DNA of 64,000 nt from a virus. Lineage: Duplodnaviria; Heunggongvirae; Uroviricota; Caudoviricetes. The stretch is taken from the IMG/VR virus record IMGVR_UViG_2541047879_000001; one strand, given 5' to 3'. Positions 18,459 through 29,234 of this stretch are shown piece after piece. The notes below the pieces were generated by a model. That model did not search any database. It had not been told where the DNA came from and worked only from the letters and a program-made list of their open reading frames with translations. How positions within the stretch are numbered: position 1 is the first letter of the stretch; every line of letters starts with the position of its first letter. The translations under genes and the position numbers were made by a program.

Positions 18459-19394
18459 TTATTTCACTTCAACCACATTCAGTCGTAACTCATCCAACTG
18501 ATTTTCATCTTCTTCTGGCTGCCAGCCCGCCGGTTGTAGTGGGATCTCTTCGCGATCAAACGCCAGATCACCCCCGTTAACCACTTCAGAACCGTGGGTA
18601 ATGCCTTTAAAATCGAACAGGTTGGTATCGCACAGATGCGACGGCACCACATTCTGCATCGCGCTGAACATCGTCTCGATACGCCCTGGATAACGTTTAT
18701 CCCAGTCACGCAACATGTCAGCAATCACCTGACGTTGCAGGTTAGGCTGTGAACCGCACAGGTTGCACGGAATAATCGGGAACGCTTTTGCATCGGCAAA
18801 TCGCTGAATATCTTTCTCGCGGCAGTAGGCCAGCGGACGAATAACGATATGTTTGCCATCATCGCTCATCAGTTTCGGAGGCATACCTTTCATCTTGCCG
18901 CCGTAGAACATATTTAAGAACAACGTTTGCAGGATATCGTCACGATGGTGACCCAACGCGATCTTCGTCGCCCCCAGTTCCGTTGCGGTACGATAAAGGA
19001 TACCGCGACGAAGGCGAGAACACAGTGAGCAAGTGGTTTTGCCCTCTGGAATCTTCTCTTTCACGATACCGTAAGTATTCTCTTCAACAATCTTGTACTC
19101 AACGCCCAGCTTTTCAAGATACTCGGGCAGAACGTGTTCCGGGAAGCCCGGTTGCTTTTGATCGAGGTTAACAGCCACCAGCGAAAAATTGATTGGCGCG
19201 CTTTGCTGCAAATTGCGCAGAATCTCCAGCATGGTATAGCTGTCTTTACCCCCGGAGAGGCAAACCATGATGCGATCGCCTTCTTCAATCATATTGAAGT
19301 CAGCAATGGCTTCGCCCACGTTACGACGCAGACGTTTTTGTAATTTGTTCAGGTTGTATTGTTCTTTCTTTGTAATTTGTTGATTTTCTTGCAT
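18459..19394 (-). CDS. ttcA: tRNA 2-thiocytidine biosynthesis protein TtcA
   Basis: 311 aa, SGGKDS PP-loop and CxxC motifs; full-length match to E. coli TtcA. Confidence 0.9.
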   Translation of the reverse strand: MQENQQITKKEQYNLNKLQKRLRRNVGEAIADFNMIEEGDRIMVCLSGGKDSYTMLEILRNLQQSAPINFSLVAVNLDQKQPGFPEHVLPEYLEKLGVEYKIVEENTYGIVKEKIPEGKTTCSLCSRLRRGILYRTATELGATKIALGHHRDDILQTLFLNMFYGGKMKGMPPKLMSDDGKHIVIRPLAYCREKDIQRFADAKAFPIIPCNLCGSQPNLQRQVIADMLRDWDKRYPGRIETMFSAMQNVVPSHLCDTNLFDFKGITHGSEVVNGGDLAFDREEIPLQPAGWQPEEDENQLDELRLNVVEVK

Positions 19395-19445
19395 TATTTC
19401 AGTTCTCTGGTACTAAATGGGGCAAATTGGGGGCAAACTTTGCAA

Positions 19446-20681
19446 CTACGATAACCGCGCATTCAACATGGCTATCTGTTCGTCGTTCATGTCATCAATC
19501 CACATACCGTAAATTTCATACACCATCTGCGCAGTTTCATGCCCCATTTGGCTGGCTATAAATGCCGGGTTCGCTCCTGCCGTCAACAGCCAGCAGGCAA
19601 AAGTATGCCGCGTATGGTACGGATTACGGCGGCGAATACCAGCACGTTTTACTGCTGCATTCCACCTTGCCCCCAAACTGCTTACCGAGTAATAAGGTTT
19701 TTGTTTTCCGTTACACACCCTGGGCATGAAAACAAAATGCAGTTTTTGCTTTTCGGTTCTGCCGTACTCCCGATGATAAAAGGTGATTTCGCTTTTGCGA
19801 TGATGCCCGGTCAGTTTGTATTGCTCCTTCAGTGCTTCAAGAGCAGGCTGCAGTAGTGTTACTGTTCGGATCCCGGCATTTGTTTTTGGGGGACCGAACA
19901 TATCAAGTATCGTCAGGTTTCTTCTGACATTCACTATTCCCTTTTCGAGATCCACATCCTCCCACGCCAGAGCTGCCAGTTCCCCGTGACGAAGTCCTGA
20001 GTAAACGGCAAATTTCCACAAGTTCTGGCTCTGTCCTTTTTCACTTTCCATTAATGCATTGAATTCTGTTTTAGATAACGGATCAGGCTTTATTCTGTTT
20101 CGCTGTAATTTTTTTACTCCTTCAAATGGTTTGGTTGATATAAATCCCGACTGATACGCAAAACGCAACAGCGAACAGAGCAGGGCGATATAGTTATCAA
20201 CTGTGCGCACGGTTCTTCCTTTTTTGTTGGATCTTGGATTATCCAGGTAAAGCGTTTCTCCATGCAGCAGTTCATTCCGGTAGTTTAAGATATCGCTATA
20301 ACGAATATGTGATATCGGGGTACTTTCACAAATTATTATTCTGAGTGTTTTTAATTGTGATTTCGTTTTCTTCATTGTGTTTGTTGTTAACTCTGTCTCT
20401 TTAATTTTTGTCCAGATATCACAAAGCTCTCCGAACGTTTTTATGACTCTCGTTGTCACCATTTTTGCCCCAGTGCTGGACTGGGGAAAACGTCTTAAAT
20501 ACTCAAATTCACCGGAGTTTATTTCATGAACTATCAGCGCTCTTAAATTTCCGGCCTTTTTAATATTACTGTTTGTAATCTCCCAGCCTTTTAATGTTTC
20601 CCGACATCGTTTTCCTCGAAACATGAACCAGATGCGAATGTATCTACCTCTAATCTCGACACCTGTTGGTAATTTAGACAT
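19446..20681 (-). CDS. intR: Prophage integrase (tyrosine recombinase)
   Basis: 411 aa; C-terminal catalytic region with R...HTRHTFA...Y motifs; adjacent to ttcA as in Rac. Confidence 0.85.
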   Translation of the reverse strand: MSKLPTGVEIRGRYIRIWFMFRGKRCRETLKGWEITNSNIKKAGNLRALIVHEINSGEFEYLRRFPQSSTGAKMVTTRVIKTFGELCDIWTKIKETELTTNTMKKTKSQLKTLRIIICESTPISHIRYSDILNYRNELLHGETLYLDNPRSNKKGRTVRTVDNYIALLCSLLRFAYQSGFISTKPFEGVKKLQRNRIKPDPLSKTEFNALMESEKGQSQNLWKFAVYSGLRHGELAALAWEDVDLEKGIVNVRRNLTILDMFGPPKTNAGIRTVTLLQPALEALKEQYKLTGHHRKSEITFYHREYGRTEKQKLHFVFMPRVCNGKQKPYYSVSSLGARWNAAVKRAGIRRRNPYHTRHTFACWLLTAGANPAFIASQMGHETAQMVYEIYGMWIDDMNDEQIAMLNARLS

Positions 20682-20682
20682 A

Positions 20683-20898
20683 TCATGAGTCTTTGATAAA
20701 CTGATTTATCTTTGGATAGTTGTACCAGATAATCCCTCGTTTGCTGTCTGGCTTACCTAAAGGAGATACTCGTTTGAAGTGGAAGCCCTCCACCCAACAG
20801 TTCTGGCGGTATGCTTCAATTTGTCTGGCCCCCAGACCAGTGCGAAGCATCAGGCCGTATTCAACCATCCACTCTTCATTAAAGATTACTTGTGCCAT
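20683..20898 (-). CDS. Excisionase-like protein (YdaQ/XisR-like)
   Basis: Start chosen at [10 protein letters not shown]...; directly upstream of integrase. Confidence 0.6.
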   Translation of the reverse strand: MAQVIFNEEWMVEYGLMLRTGLGARQIEAYRQNCWVEGFHFKRVSPLGKPDSKRGIIWYNYPKINQFIKDS

Positions 20899-20976
20899 CG
20901 CATCACCTCTGGCAGGCGCCAATGTTAGACTGAAATTGACGCCCGATGTTGATTATTAATAATCAGCTATGAAGTT

Positions 20977-21186
20977 TTAATTTGAATACAATGCAATTCT
21001 CGAGGACTGAAGTTTCTCGCAATTAAAATTTATCAGTTTTACTTTCTGCTCTCTGGAAACGCCTGCTTCTTTTTTACCTGAGAGCATTTTTTCGTATTCT
21101 GATTTCGTTAGTTTAGATTTTGAATATCTTGTCCAGTTAGTAGGAGTGCCACCTTCCTTTTCAATAGTGGCGGTAATTTTATACAT
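20977..21186 (-). CDS. Small Rac protein (YdaC-like)
   Basis: Start chosen at MYKITATIEKEGG...; 69 aa. Confidence 0.4.
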   Translation of the reverse strand: MYKITATIEKEGGTPTNWTRYSKSKLTKSEYEKMLSGKKEAGVSREQKVKLINFNCEKLQSSRIALYSN

Positions 21187-21373
21187 GAACACCTCCATTA
21201 TTATTTCCAGTGGTTCGTTTATTCCATCTTTCGAGTGCTTCTTTTTCACTTCCACCATAACCGGTTCGGGATTCGCATCCGTTACACTTCGCTCGGTAAT
21301 ATCCTGAAATGGCTTTCACCGTTACTGATGGACAACCACAAAATGGACATGGTTTAACATTGTCATATCTCAT
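21179..21373 (-). CDS. ralR: Restriction alleviation protein (RalR/Lar-like)
   Basis: 64 aa from MRYDNVKPCPFCGCPS...CNGCESRTG; zinc-ribbon motifs; upstream of recT. Confidence 0.6.
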   Translation of the reverse strand: MRYDNVKPCPFCGCPSVTVKAISGYYRAKCNGCESRTGYGGSEKEALERWNKRTTGNNNGGVHV

Positions 21374-21429
21374 AATTTTTCTCATAAAAAATATTTCAAG
21401 TTGGCGGTGCATTACACCGCCAGGCTGAA

Positions 21430-22239
21430 TTATTCCTCTGAATTATCGATTACACTGTATTCCCCGGTTAATACAGAGGAATCTGCAGGATCGATTGTCA
21501 GTGGTTCCTTTTCATCCATTGATACTGCACGCTGGATCTCAATTGATACGGGCAGATATTTGAACAGGCGACGAATAGCCGTTTTCTTTGCCATTTCTTC
21601 CCAGTGAGTTACCCACGGCCCGTTATTACCAGCTTTACTCAGGCTGCGCACCAGCTCAATCTGTTTGCGCGTCATAACTTCAAACTGAGTACCTCCGTCT
21701 TTCAGTCTTGCGACAGCATAGACGTGGGTAACCGGGGCATCTTCGTTTTCTCCCGGGCGGTGTATTAACTTTTCATCAAGGCCAAATTCGAAGCTAAACT
21801 CGTCACCTTCACGGACAACACGGGCTGACAGGCTGGCGATTTGACCAGAACGGCGAGCCAGATCAATCATGCCGCGATAGCCAATGATTAGCTGAACGTT
21901 CTTTTTACCGCTCTTTTCGTTTTTATTACCAAAAGGCAGTAAATATGCATGACCGAGGGCGCTACCTGGCTCAAGTCCGAGCTGTGAACACTGTACGATC
22001 GCACTGACAAAACTCATAGTGTCACAGTTTCCTAACGCCGGAACTTTACGAATTTCTGTGGTGGCGATACGGATCATACGTTCAGCCGTCATATGGCGTG
22101 GAAGAGCTGCTGCCAGTTGCTCTTTCATTGATGGCTGGTTAATAAAACTAATCACGTCGCTATTTTTAACTGCTGCTGGTGCACGGTTTCCCTGAGTTTT
22201 TTGCAGATCGGCTTTTGCGATTGGTGGTTGCTTAGTCAT
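21430..22239 (-). CDS. recT: RecT single-strand annealing recombinase
   Basis: 269 aa from [13 protein letters not shown]...; full-length match to E. coli RecT. Confidence 0.85.
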   Translation of the reverse strand: MTKQPPIAKADLQKTQGNRAPAAVKNSDVISFINQPSMKEQLAAALPRHMTAERMIRIATTEIRKVPALGNCDTMSFVSAIVQCSQLGLEPGSALGHAYLLPFGNKNEKSGKKNVQLIIGYRGMIDLARRSGQIASLSARVVREGDEFSFEFGLDEKLIHRPGENEDAPVTHVYAVARLKDGGTQFEVMTRKQIELVRSLSKAGNNGPWVTHWEEMAKKTAIRRLFKYLPVSIEIQRAVSMDEKEPLTIDPADSSVLTGEYSVIDNSEE

Positions 22240-24832
22240 TTGCATATTCCTTAGCCCAGCGGGGCAGTGATAATGTCTTAATAGCTGGCCATTCATCGGT
22301 ATTCAGGCAGTCAGACAGGGTTCGCAGATTGCGGTGATATTCCTGTTGACCTGCCAGTTTTGCTTCTTCGCCCATCATGAAAATTTCAACCGGATAACGT
22401 CCGCATTCAATAGTTGTGCTGGCAACCAGAAAAACGAAAGTTGGCTGCACTCCAAACTGTGCTTCATAACCGTCACTGTAGAATGCATCCTGAACGTGAT
22501 AGCGGTAGTCGTAATAAGCGGTTTTGAATCGTTGAATATCCGCCGTAGTTTTCACGTCCATGATCCAGTGAAATTCAGGGATAATTTTGTCCGGACGGCA
22601 CCGACACAAAATTCCTGTTTCAGGATCTTCCCAGTAAATTGATGATTCAGCGTGTCCGGCGCTTTCAACAAGCCATTGCCCCAGCGGCAAAGCCATAACG
22701 CTTTGATACATGAGTTCAATTTTCCGGCCTTCTTCCGCAGTGATAACCGTTTTTCCTGTGCTTGCGCATTCCATCAGAAACGCTTTCTCTTCTTCTTTTC
22801 CGGCGTTTGTACGGCGGTTAAATTCAGGTGCTACGATAAAGCGGTTACTGAATTCTTCCGGTTCAAGTACCCGGCAGTGGAAAGCAGTTCCTAAATCGAG
22901 CGTTTTTGTCTTTGTGGTGTCCACGGGGGCATTTTTACGCCACAAATATAGTGCCGGAGTATCAGCAATGTCATCGAGCTGAGACTTACTGATACCGGGA
23001 CCCGCGTGGTAATTCTCATTCGAAATTCCGTAATAAATACCTGGCTCTATGTCTTCTACGATTACGGGATCTGCGACTTCGCCAGTTTCATCACTGCAAT
23101 CGCGATGCGGATCGCTGCCAGCATTCTCATTGTGCGGATGTTCAGCGCCTTCCATTTCCTCCGGATCATTTTCCTTAGCTTCAACCTGACTCTCTTCAGC
23201 GAATGTTTCCTGGTATGTTGCGTCGCCCATCACCGCACCACAGTCAGGGCAGTTATCCCCGCCAGTCTGGCCGCAGGCATTGCAGGCTATTTCCGGTTCC
23301 TGTTGCACTACTGGCTCAGGTTGATTCATATCTGGGCTGGTTTTTTCCGTTTCTGGCTGGTTCTGGTACACACAATCGCGAGTCTGGATCCCCTTTACCC
23401 ATTTCGGATCGTTCGGGTCGCTAATTCCGTCAACAAATTCACCACGTGATGCAGCAAGCAATTTATCGGCATCGACAGGATTTTTTGATGGAATGTTTTT
23501 CCGGGCTTCATGGAGTTCTGCCCGCAGTTCCTGATATTTCGCATCAACAGAATTTACCTGTGACTGAGCATCCAGCGGCTGCGTGTCCTGATGATGTTCA
23601 GTTGCGTCCGGTTCCATTGTTTCAGCCTCTCCCTGTTCAACTGCCGTTGTTCCAGATGGTTGCGGTTTTTCTTCATCATCCTGTTTTCCTTCTTCTGTTA
23701 CTCGCTGCGGCATCGGGGCAGAGGAGCGACCGCAGGCAATATCCACGATTTCCGGATCAGGGTTGGCATGATCGGTTTCAGTCAGTACTTTGTTCAGATA
23801 TTCAGTGACGTGCGCGGGGATGACCTCGATCCCAATTGGTGCTTCTTTTACGGACGCAACCACGATGGCGCGGGAATAATCCAGCCCGCCAGGCATGGTG
23901 ATGAATTTGTCGCGGAAAACAGAAAAGGGCGGTTTATTTTCAGCGATAATTTCCTCAATGCGTTTAGCGTGTGCCGGATGAAGGTTATAGATGTCCAGAT
24001 CCATTGAACGGGCCAGTACGCCAGTGGCTACGTCGCGCGCCAGTGACGTCAGATCGTGTACGAAACTTTCGCCGCGATCGGTGAGGTTTCCGCCGCCAGC
24101 ATTAGCACCGGAAGCCGTGCGAGTGATGTGTGAAACACGATTACCCTTCATCCACTCTTTTGTCAGCAGTCCTCGATCGGTGTAGTCAGCGTTCAGGTAT
24201 GCTTCGAAAAAAGCAGTTATCAGTCCCAGGTTTGAATTACCAGGATTAGGGAAAACTTTGTCAGTGTCACGAACCAGTTTGTGGAGTTCGCGAATTTCCA
24301 GCGGGTCGAGCAGGCTGGTTTTGTGGGAAACAGCCAGGGCAGTAACAGCCGGTAGTTCTTCAGCCCGAGCAATGTGTAATGCCTGGAGTCCGTCGCGTGA
24401 AACGTGCGTTACCGGTTTTTCGCTGCCGTGTTGAGCAAGCCAACGAATGGGCAGTTCCTGGCCAGAAATTGGGAGTAGCATATTCTCCTCAATCTCAGTC
24501 ATGTCTTCGCCGTTGACGTTGGTATTGCCTTGATAGTGAGCGTTGTCTGGTGCTGCTCCCGGTTTTAGTTCCCATGTCATGGAGTCTTTGCTGAGTTGAT
24601 AGCGTTCACTCCAGGTAAAATCGATCTCACCTTCAGCGGGCAGGTCATTAACGACAGGAAAATTCGTGGCAACAGCTTTAAAATAGCTGCTCAGTTTTTT
24701 ACCTGACTTAACGATCAGGTAGTCCAGAGTGGCACAGGTCGATTCAAAATCGTTGCTTGCCCACAGGACGACGTCAGGTTCACCGGATGATTTTTTCGCT
24801 TTCCGTAACAGGAAGAGTGGTTTTGTGCTCAT
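22232..24832 (-). CDS. recE: RecE exonuclease VIII
   Basis: 866-aa ORF overlapping recT start; length and sequence match RecE. Confidence 0.85.
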   Translation of the reverse strand: MSTKPLFLLRKAKKSSGEPDVVLWASNDFESTCATLDYLIVKSGKKLSSYFKAVATNFPVVNDLPAEGEIDFTWSERYQLSKDSMTWELKPGAAPDNAHYQGNTNVNGEDMTEIEENMLLPISGQELPIRWLAQHGSEKPVTHVSRDGLQALHIARAEELPAVTALAVSHKTSLLDPLEIRELHKLVRDTDKVFPNPGNSNLGLITAFFEAYLNADYTDRGLLTKEWMKGNRVSHITRTASGANAGGGNLTDRGESFVHDLTSLARDVATGVLARSMDLDIYNLHPAHAKRIEEIIAENKPPFSVFRDKFITMPGGLDYSRAIVVASVKEAPIGIEVIPAHVTEYLNKVLTETDHANPDPEIVDIACGRSSAPMPQRVTEEGKQDDEEKPQPSGTTAVEQGEAETMEPDATEHHQDTQPLDAQSQVNSVDAKYQELRAELHEARKNIPSKNPVDADKLLAASRGEFVDGISDPNDPKWVKGIQTRDCVYQNQPETEKTSPDMNQPEPVVQQEPEIACNACGQTGGDNCPDCGAVMGDATYQETFAEESQVEAKENDPEEMEGAEHPHNENAGSDPHRDCSDETGEVADPVIVEDIEPGIYYGISNENYHAGPGISKSQLDDIADTPALYLWRKNAPVDTTKTKTLDLGTAFHCRVLEPEEFSNRFIVAPEFNRRTNAGKEEEKAFLMECASTGKTVITAEEGRKIELMYQSVMALPLGQWLVESAGHAESSIYWEDPETGILCRCRPDKIIPEFHWIMDVKTTADIQRFKTAYYDYRYHVQDAFYSDGYEAQFGVQPTFVFLVASTTIECGRYPVEIFMMGEEAKLAGQQEYHRNLRTLSDCLNTDEWPAIKTLSLPRWAKEYAND

Positions 24833-24933
24833 TGTTTTTTAACCTCAACTCAGATTAAAATTCGTTTTGTTCAGTGAATGATCTTGCCGGATACACACTG
24901 TTCATAGCCTGCGCCATACGCAGGCTATTTCTT

Positions 24934-25209
24934 TCAGATTTCACCTTTTAATTTCATTGCAATTAGAGTTGCCAGAAATTCGGCTTTTTTTTCTGCGGGC
25001 AGATTCTTTCCGATATGCACCAGGCACATTTTTTTGACACCTTCATCAAGTGTTTTTACGTTGCCTGATGGACCATCGATATCAACCACAGTGAATGGGG
25101 TTTCTTTATTTTCTGTTTTAATTACGTAGCCAATGCGCTTTCCTTCCAGATTCACCTCGTGAACAATGTCATCGGTAGTTACAACAGTGGCTTCATAATT
25201 GGTAATCAT
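24934..25209 (-). CDS. racC: RacC-like protein
   Basis: 91 aa from MITNYEATVVTTDD... Confidence 0.5.
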   Translation of the reverse strand: MITNYEATVVTTDDIVHEVNLEGKRIGYVIKTENKETPFTVVDIDGPSGNVKTLDEGVKKMCLVHIGKNLPAEKKAEFLATLIAMKLKGEI

Positions 25210-25453
25210 GTTTTTCTCCTTAATTAAGGTTGAGCGAATACCTGCCATTTCTGGCATAAATTCAGTTTCGAATAGTCAATTAATTAAAGTTCATGTGCCA
25301 TCTGGTCTTTTTCGGCACAAGCTTCACTGCAATATTTTCTCGGTTCGTCTTTTGATAAAATCCCGTGCATGAAGTGAAGCATTCTTTCAATAGCTTTGCT
25401 TTCTTCAACGTCTTTTTTGCAAAGGTGGTAAGCACATTTTATTTTCTTAGTCA

Positions 25454-25675
25454 TCACCATGACTCCGCCTTTACAGGTAAACCATCACGACCGAGGAAGA
25501 CTTTAATCATGCGGTCAGTAATGCATGTTTTTGTGGTCAGGTTACGAATATATAGTTTTCGCTTTTTAATATTGTTTGCCGAGGCAATATATGTCCGGCC
25601 TTCATGAAGAACATAATCGCCAGGAGTCACACACTGACGTGGTATTTCATCAGTTCCGAAGTGATGTGCAATCAT
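25454..25675 (-). CDS. kilR: KilR-like cell-division inhibitor
   Basis: 73 aa from [29 protein letters not shown]... Confidence 0.55.
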   Translation of the reverse strand: MIAHHFGTDEIPRQCVTPGDYVLHEGRTYIASANNIKKRKLYIRNLTTKTCITDRMIKVFLGRDGLPVKAESW

Positions 25676-26116
25676 AATTATCTCCATTTTTACAAATGAA
25701 CTTTGTTGATGCGGTGCCTGGTGCCTCCAGGTGACTGCAACCAGTTAACAATTACAGTCGGCTTTCCCACCCAAACCAATAAGGACTAACATGACTTTTA
25801 ACTGTGCCACGTGCGCTTAGCCGCATTCACCGCATCACAAAATTCACTTTAAAAAGGGCGGACATCAGCCGAACTTCAAGAAAAAAACTGATGCCGCCAG
25901 GACTACACACAGCAATGTCGTTATTTACAACCGGAGGCGCACTCCCACCATTTAAATTTAACAGACAAGACCGACTCTTTATGGATATCGGAAATGCGCC
26001 TTCGTGTTGTGCCCGGTTTTATTTCACCACCTCCGGGCTTCGGTGGTCTCGGCTATACCCCTACAGCGAGAGCTTGTGTTAACATTTCAATACCCTTACA
26101 GTTGAGAGTTATTGAT

Positions 26117-26605
26117 ATGTTGGATGTATTTACTCCATTGTTGAAACTTTTTGCTAACGAGCCACTCGAAAGACTTATGTATACGATTATCATTTTTGGT
26201 CTCACTCTCTGGCTGATACCGAAAGAGTTTACTGTCGCATTCAATGCTTATACTGAAATACCTTGGCTCTTTCAGATTATCGTTTTTGCCTTTTCTTTCG
26301 TGGTCGCCATTTCCTTCTCAAGATTGCGAGCACATATTCAAAAGCATTATTCATTACTACCAGAGCAACGAGTATTGCTTCGTTTATCTGAGAAAGAAAT
26401 CGCTGTATTTAAAGATTTCCTTAAAACAGGAAATCTTATTATCACTTCTCCTTGCCGTAACCCGGTTATGAAAAAATTAGAACGGAAGGGCATCATTCAA
26501 CATCAGAGTGATAGCGCAAACTGTTCTTATTATCTCGTCACCGAAAAATACTCCCATTTTATGAAGTTATTCTGGAACAGCAGGAGTAGACGTTTTAATC
26601 GTTAG
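26117..26605 (+). CDS. sieB: Superinfection exclusion protein B
   Basis: 162 aa from MLDVFTPLLKLFANEPLE...; two hydrophobic segments; the track ORF starts further upstream at 25994. Confidence 0.75.
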   Translation: MLDVFTPLLKLFANEPLERLMYTIIIFGLTLWLIPKEFTVAFNAYTEIPWLFQIIVFAFSFVVAISFSRLRAHIQKHYSLLPEQRVLLRLSEKEIAVFKDFLKTGNLIITSPCRNPVMKKLERKGIIQHQSDSANCSYYLVTEKYSHFMKLFWNSRSRRFNR

Positions 26606-26757
26606 CTTACTGTGTGCTTCTCCAACCATCGGCGCGCACCAGTTTCGGTTTTAAATGTTTTGCTTTTGGTATACGTCATGGCAGTGAACGTTCCATCCTG
26701 GTTGGGGAACACGCCGCACACCAGGGATTCGTTGTTGACGAGGTCGATTTTTTGCAT
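26602..26757 (-). CDS. Small protein (YdaF/YdaG-region, 51 aa)
   Basis: Own translation MQKIDLVNNESLVCGVFPNQDGTFTAMTYTKSKTFKTETGARRWLEKHTVS; below track size cutoff. Confidence 0.3.
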   Translation of the reverse strand: MQKIDLVNNESLVCGVFPNQDGTFTAMTYTKSKTFKTETGARRWLEKHTVS

Positions 26758-26767
26758 TTTGCGAATC

Positions 26768-26902
26768 TCACATCTTGTAGCTACGTATAGCGACTTCTGC
26801 CTGCCAGAGATCCCAGTCGTTGCTGCGTAAAGCCTGCACAGCCTGGTTGTAAGTGATACCGCAACAATCCATCAAATACTGAACTACTTCGTAATGCACC
26901 AT
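26768..26902 (-). CDS. Small protein (YdaG-like, 44 aa)
   Basis: Own translation MVHYEVVQYLMDCCGITYNQAVQALRSNDWDLWQAEVAIRSYKM; below track size cutoff. Confidence 0.35.
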   Translation of the reverse strand: MVHYEVVQYLMDCCGITYNQAVQALRSNDWDLWQAEVAIRSYKM

Positions 26903-26934
26903 CTTATCTATCCCCTTAACGCCGGGTGGCGGAA

Positions 26935-27090
26935 CTAACTGCTGCACTGCAAAATTTGAATCCCGCCGTCATGTTCATACGCCTCGGGCTGGCTACTTAA
27001 CCCCTGACCACTGCCTGGTAACTCGAAGTATTGCCCGGCGTTCTGTGGGGCGGGGTGGGTTGGTAGGTATATAATGTACTTTGTGTTCAT
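26935..27090 (-). CDS. Small protein (51 aa)
   Basis: MNTKYIIYLPTHPAPQNAGQYFELPGSGQGLSS... within 72-aa track ORF. Confidence 0.3.
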   Translation of the reverse strand: MNTKYIIYLPTHPAPQNAGQYFELPGSGQGLSSQPEAYEHDGGIQILQCSS

Positions 27091-27189
27091 CATTGTAAAG
27101 TACTTTAAGTACCTTTTATGTATAAAAAAATGAGACGGGATAAAGTGAAGCACAAACCCGGAGGGGGACGCTACCGGATTTATGCTGGT

Positions 27190-27609
27190 TTAAGAGGCTT
27201 TTTGTTTTTTCTTTCGTGCTAACTCTTCGTAAATTGCATTGTACTTCTGTTTTTTCTCCTCAAGAGTTTTTAAAAGTTCATCTGTCTCACTGTCAGGGAG
27301 CTCGTCCAGAAGGTCAATGATGATTTTTTGTCTTGGATTTAACTCCTGATAGAAACGTATCTGTCCACTTTCTTCTGTATCCTCTCCCAAAAGATAGGTT
27401 GGTGTTGTTCCAATGAGTGTTGCTAATTCCCTTAATTTCTCTCGGCGAGGAATTGTTTCACCATTAAACCATTTGCTAACCGCTTTTGGTGTTAATTTCA
27501 TTCGACGGGCAATTTCTGCCTGCCTTCCATGTTGTTCATAACCAGCGTTTTCACAGGCTAGCGCAAGCCTACTGGCGAACTCTTTACGCGCTTTATCTTC
27601 ATGAACCAT
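27190..27609 (-). CDS. racR: Prophage repressor (RacR-like, CI-type HTH)
   Basis: 139 aa with HTH (RRMKLTPKAVSKWFNGETIP); divergent from ydaS-like gene. Confidence 0.65.
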   Translation of the reverse strand: MVHEDKARKEFASRLALACENAGYEQHGRQAEIARRMKLTPKAVSKWFNGETIPRREKLRELATLIGTTPTYLLGEDTEESGQIRFYQELNPRQKIIIDLLDELPDSETDELLKTLEEKKQKYNAIYEELARKKKQKAS

Positions 27610-27688
27610 AAGTTCAATGATATTCGCTCTTGAATGTACTGTCAGTTCTGTTATAGCATGTACTCAAAGTTCACATTGTGAGGATGAT

Positions 27689-27943
27689 ATGAACCAGAAA
27701 ACACTTGAAGATGTAATCAAAACTGTTCGCGTTTCTGTTGTGGCCGACGTTTGTGGTGTCAGCCAAAGAGCAATCTACAAATGGATGGATAACGGAAAAT
27801 TGCCTCGCACAGAATATACCGGCGAAACAAATTACGCTGAAAAAATCGCTCATGCATCAAACGGATTATTTTCTGCCGATGCAATTTTAACTATTGGCAG
27901 AAATAAAACTACTACGAAAAAGCTGATGGGAGTTGATTCATGA
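27689..27943 (+). CDS. ydaS: Cro-like HTH regulator (YdaS-like)
   Basis: Start at ATG 27689 (MNQKTLEDV...) with HTH DVCGVSQRAIYKWMDNGKLP; divergent from racR. Confidence 0.65.
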   Translation: MNQKTLEDVIKTVRVSVVADVCGVSQRAIYKWMDNGKLPRTEYTGETNYAEKIAHASNGLFSADAILTIGRNKTTTKKLMGVDS

Positions 27944-28362
27944 AAATCAAGCATGAGCACATCGAATCAGTGTTGTTAGCCCTGGCAGCCGAAAAAGGGC
28001 AGGCGTGGGTCGCTAACGCAATTACTGAAGAATATCTGCGCCAGGGGGGCGGCGAATTGCCCCTGGTACCAGGCAAGGACTGGAACAATCAGCAGAATAT
28101 CTATCATCGTTGGTTGAAAGGTGAAACGAATGCGCAAAGGGAAAAAATTCAGAAACTGATCCCTGCGGTTCTGGCAATTCTTCCTCGCGAGCTGCGTCAC
28201 CGACTCTGCATCTTCGATACCCTGGAACGCCGTGCATTACTGGCGGCACAGGATGCACTGAGTACGGCAATTGATGCGCATGATGATGCAGTCCAGGCCG
28301 TTTACCGTAAAGCACATTTCAGCGGCGGCGGTTCTCCTAGCGATTCTGTCGTAGTGCATTGA
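27940..28362 (+). CDS. ydaT: YdaT-like protein (CII-position regulator)
   Basis: 140-aa ORF overlapping ydaS stop (ATGA). Confidence 0.6.
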   Translation: MKIKHEHIESVLLALAAEKGQAWVANAITEEYLRQGGGELPLVPGKDWNNQQNIYHRWLKGETNAQREKIQKLIPAVLAILPRELRHRLCIFDTLERRALLAAQDALSTAIDAHDDAVQAVYRKAHFSGGGSPSDSVVVH

Positions 28363-28406
28363 TTGAAATTAATCGTACCGAACTGTTTTGTTCGGTATCA
28401 GTTAAA

Positions 28407-28827
28407 TGTAACGCTGCGAGCGTTACAAGGTGAAAACAAATGGCTTCAAACTGGATAAAGCTCGAAGTTATTACGCCGGATAAGCCGGAAATATTCAGGC
28501 TTGCTGAGATTCTGAATATTGATCCAGATGCCGCATTAGGGAAAGTCATTCGCTTCTGGGCATGGGCGGATCAACAAATGATAGACGGTAACGCAGAGTG
28601 TAACGCTCGAGGCGTTACAAAAAGTGCAATAGACCGTATCACTTTTATGGCTGGTTTTGCTGATGCGTTAATTCAGGTTGGATGGCTGGTCGAAAGTGAT
28701 GGAGTGCTTTCACTACCAAACTTTGAGCGTCATAACGGAAAAAGCTCGAAAAAACGGGCGGTTACAAACGAGAGAGTTACAAAAATACGCGAACTGAAGC
28801 GAAAAGGTAACGCTGCCAGCGTTACAC
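28407..28827. repeat. Three copies of a 21-bp palindrome TGTAACGC-N5-GCGTTACA (candidate iterons/ori or operator sites)
   Basis: Copies at 28407-28427, 28599-28619 and 28807-28827 plus half-sites GTAACGC (28589) and GTTACA repeats (28761-28783); one copy upstream of and two within the ydaU-like gene. Confidence 0.5.
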
Positions 28828-29228
28828 AAACGGATCAAAAAGCGTTACCAGAGGAAGAGGAAGAGGAAGATATAAATACTGATCTCCCCCTAAATCCCCC
28901 TCGGCAAAAACGAGCGTCTAAACAATTCGAGCCGGAGGCCATTGCTCTGCCCGACTGGTTGCCAGAAACACTCTGGAATGAGTGGGTCCAGTTCAGGCAG
29001 GCATTGCGAAAACCGATTCGAACGGAGCAGGGCGCTAACGGGGCGATACGGGAACTGGAAAAATTCCGCCAGCAGGGTTTTACCCCTGAGCAGGTGATTC
29101 GACACAGCATCGCCAATGAATACCAGGGCTTGTTCGCGCCGAAAAGTGTTCGGCCTGAGACGTTGCTCCGACAGGTTAACACTGTCTCGTTTCCGGACAG
29201 TGCGATCCCGCCAGGCTTCAGGGGGTAA
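28440..29228 (+). CDS. ydaU: Replication protein (YdaU-like, lambda O-position)
   Basis: 262-aa ORF upstream of the DnaC-like gene; contains the palindromic repeats. Confidence 0.6.
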   Translation: MASNWIKLEVITPDKPEIFRLAEILNIDPDAALGKVIRFWAWADQQMIDGNAECNARGVTKSAIDRITFMAGFADALIQVGWLVESDGVLSLPNFERHNGKSSKKRAVTNERVTKIRELKRKGNAASVTQTDQKALPEEEEEEDINTDLPLNPPRQKRASKQFEPEAIALPDWLPETLWNEWVQFRQALRKPIRTEQGANGAIRELEKFRQQGFTPEQVIRHSIANEYQGLFAPKSVRPETLLRQVNTVSFPDSAIPPGFRG

Positions 29229-29234
29229 CTGACC

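Noticed and set aside
18331-19445. tRNA gene or clean att core at the Rac-like prophage boundary
   Set aside because: No tRNA-like sequence recognised; this prophage type integrates at ttcA, and the att core could not be pinpointed without the other prophage end
22334-24185. Several plus-strand ORFs inside recE (e.g. 22334-22642, 23006-23449, 23591-24007)
   Set aside because: Fully embedded antisense to recE, whose 866-aa frame matches RecE throughout
25260-25450. Small ydaE-like ORF between racC and kilR
   Set aside because: Only a 28-32-aa minus-strand ORF (MLHFMHGILSKDEPRKYCSEACAEKDQMAHEL) could be read; too short and too uncertain to call
28407-28827. CRISPR array or other regularly spaced direct-repeat array
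   Set aside because: The only repeated elements found are three palindromes at irregular ~200-bp spacing, partly within coding sequence; no repeat-spacer periodicity anywhere in the window
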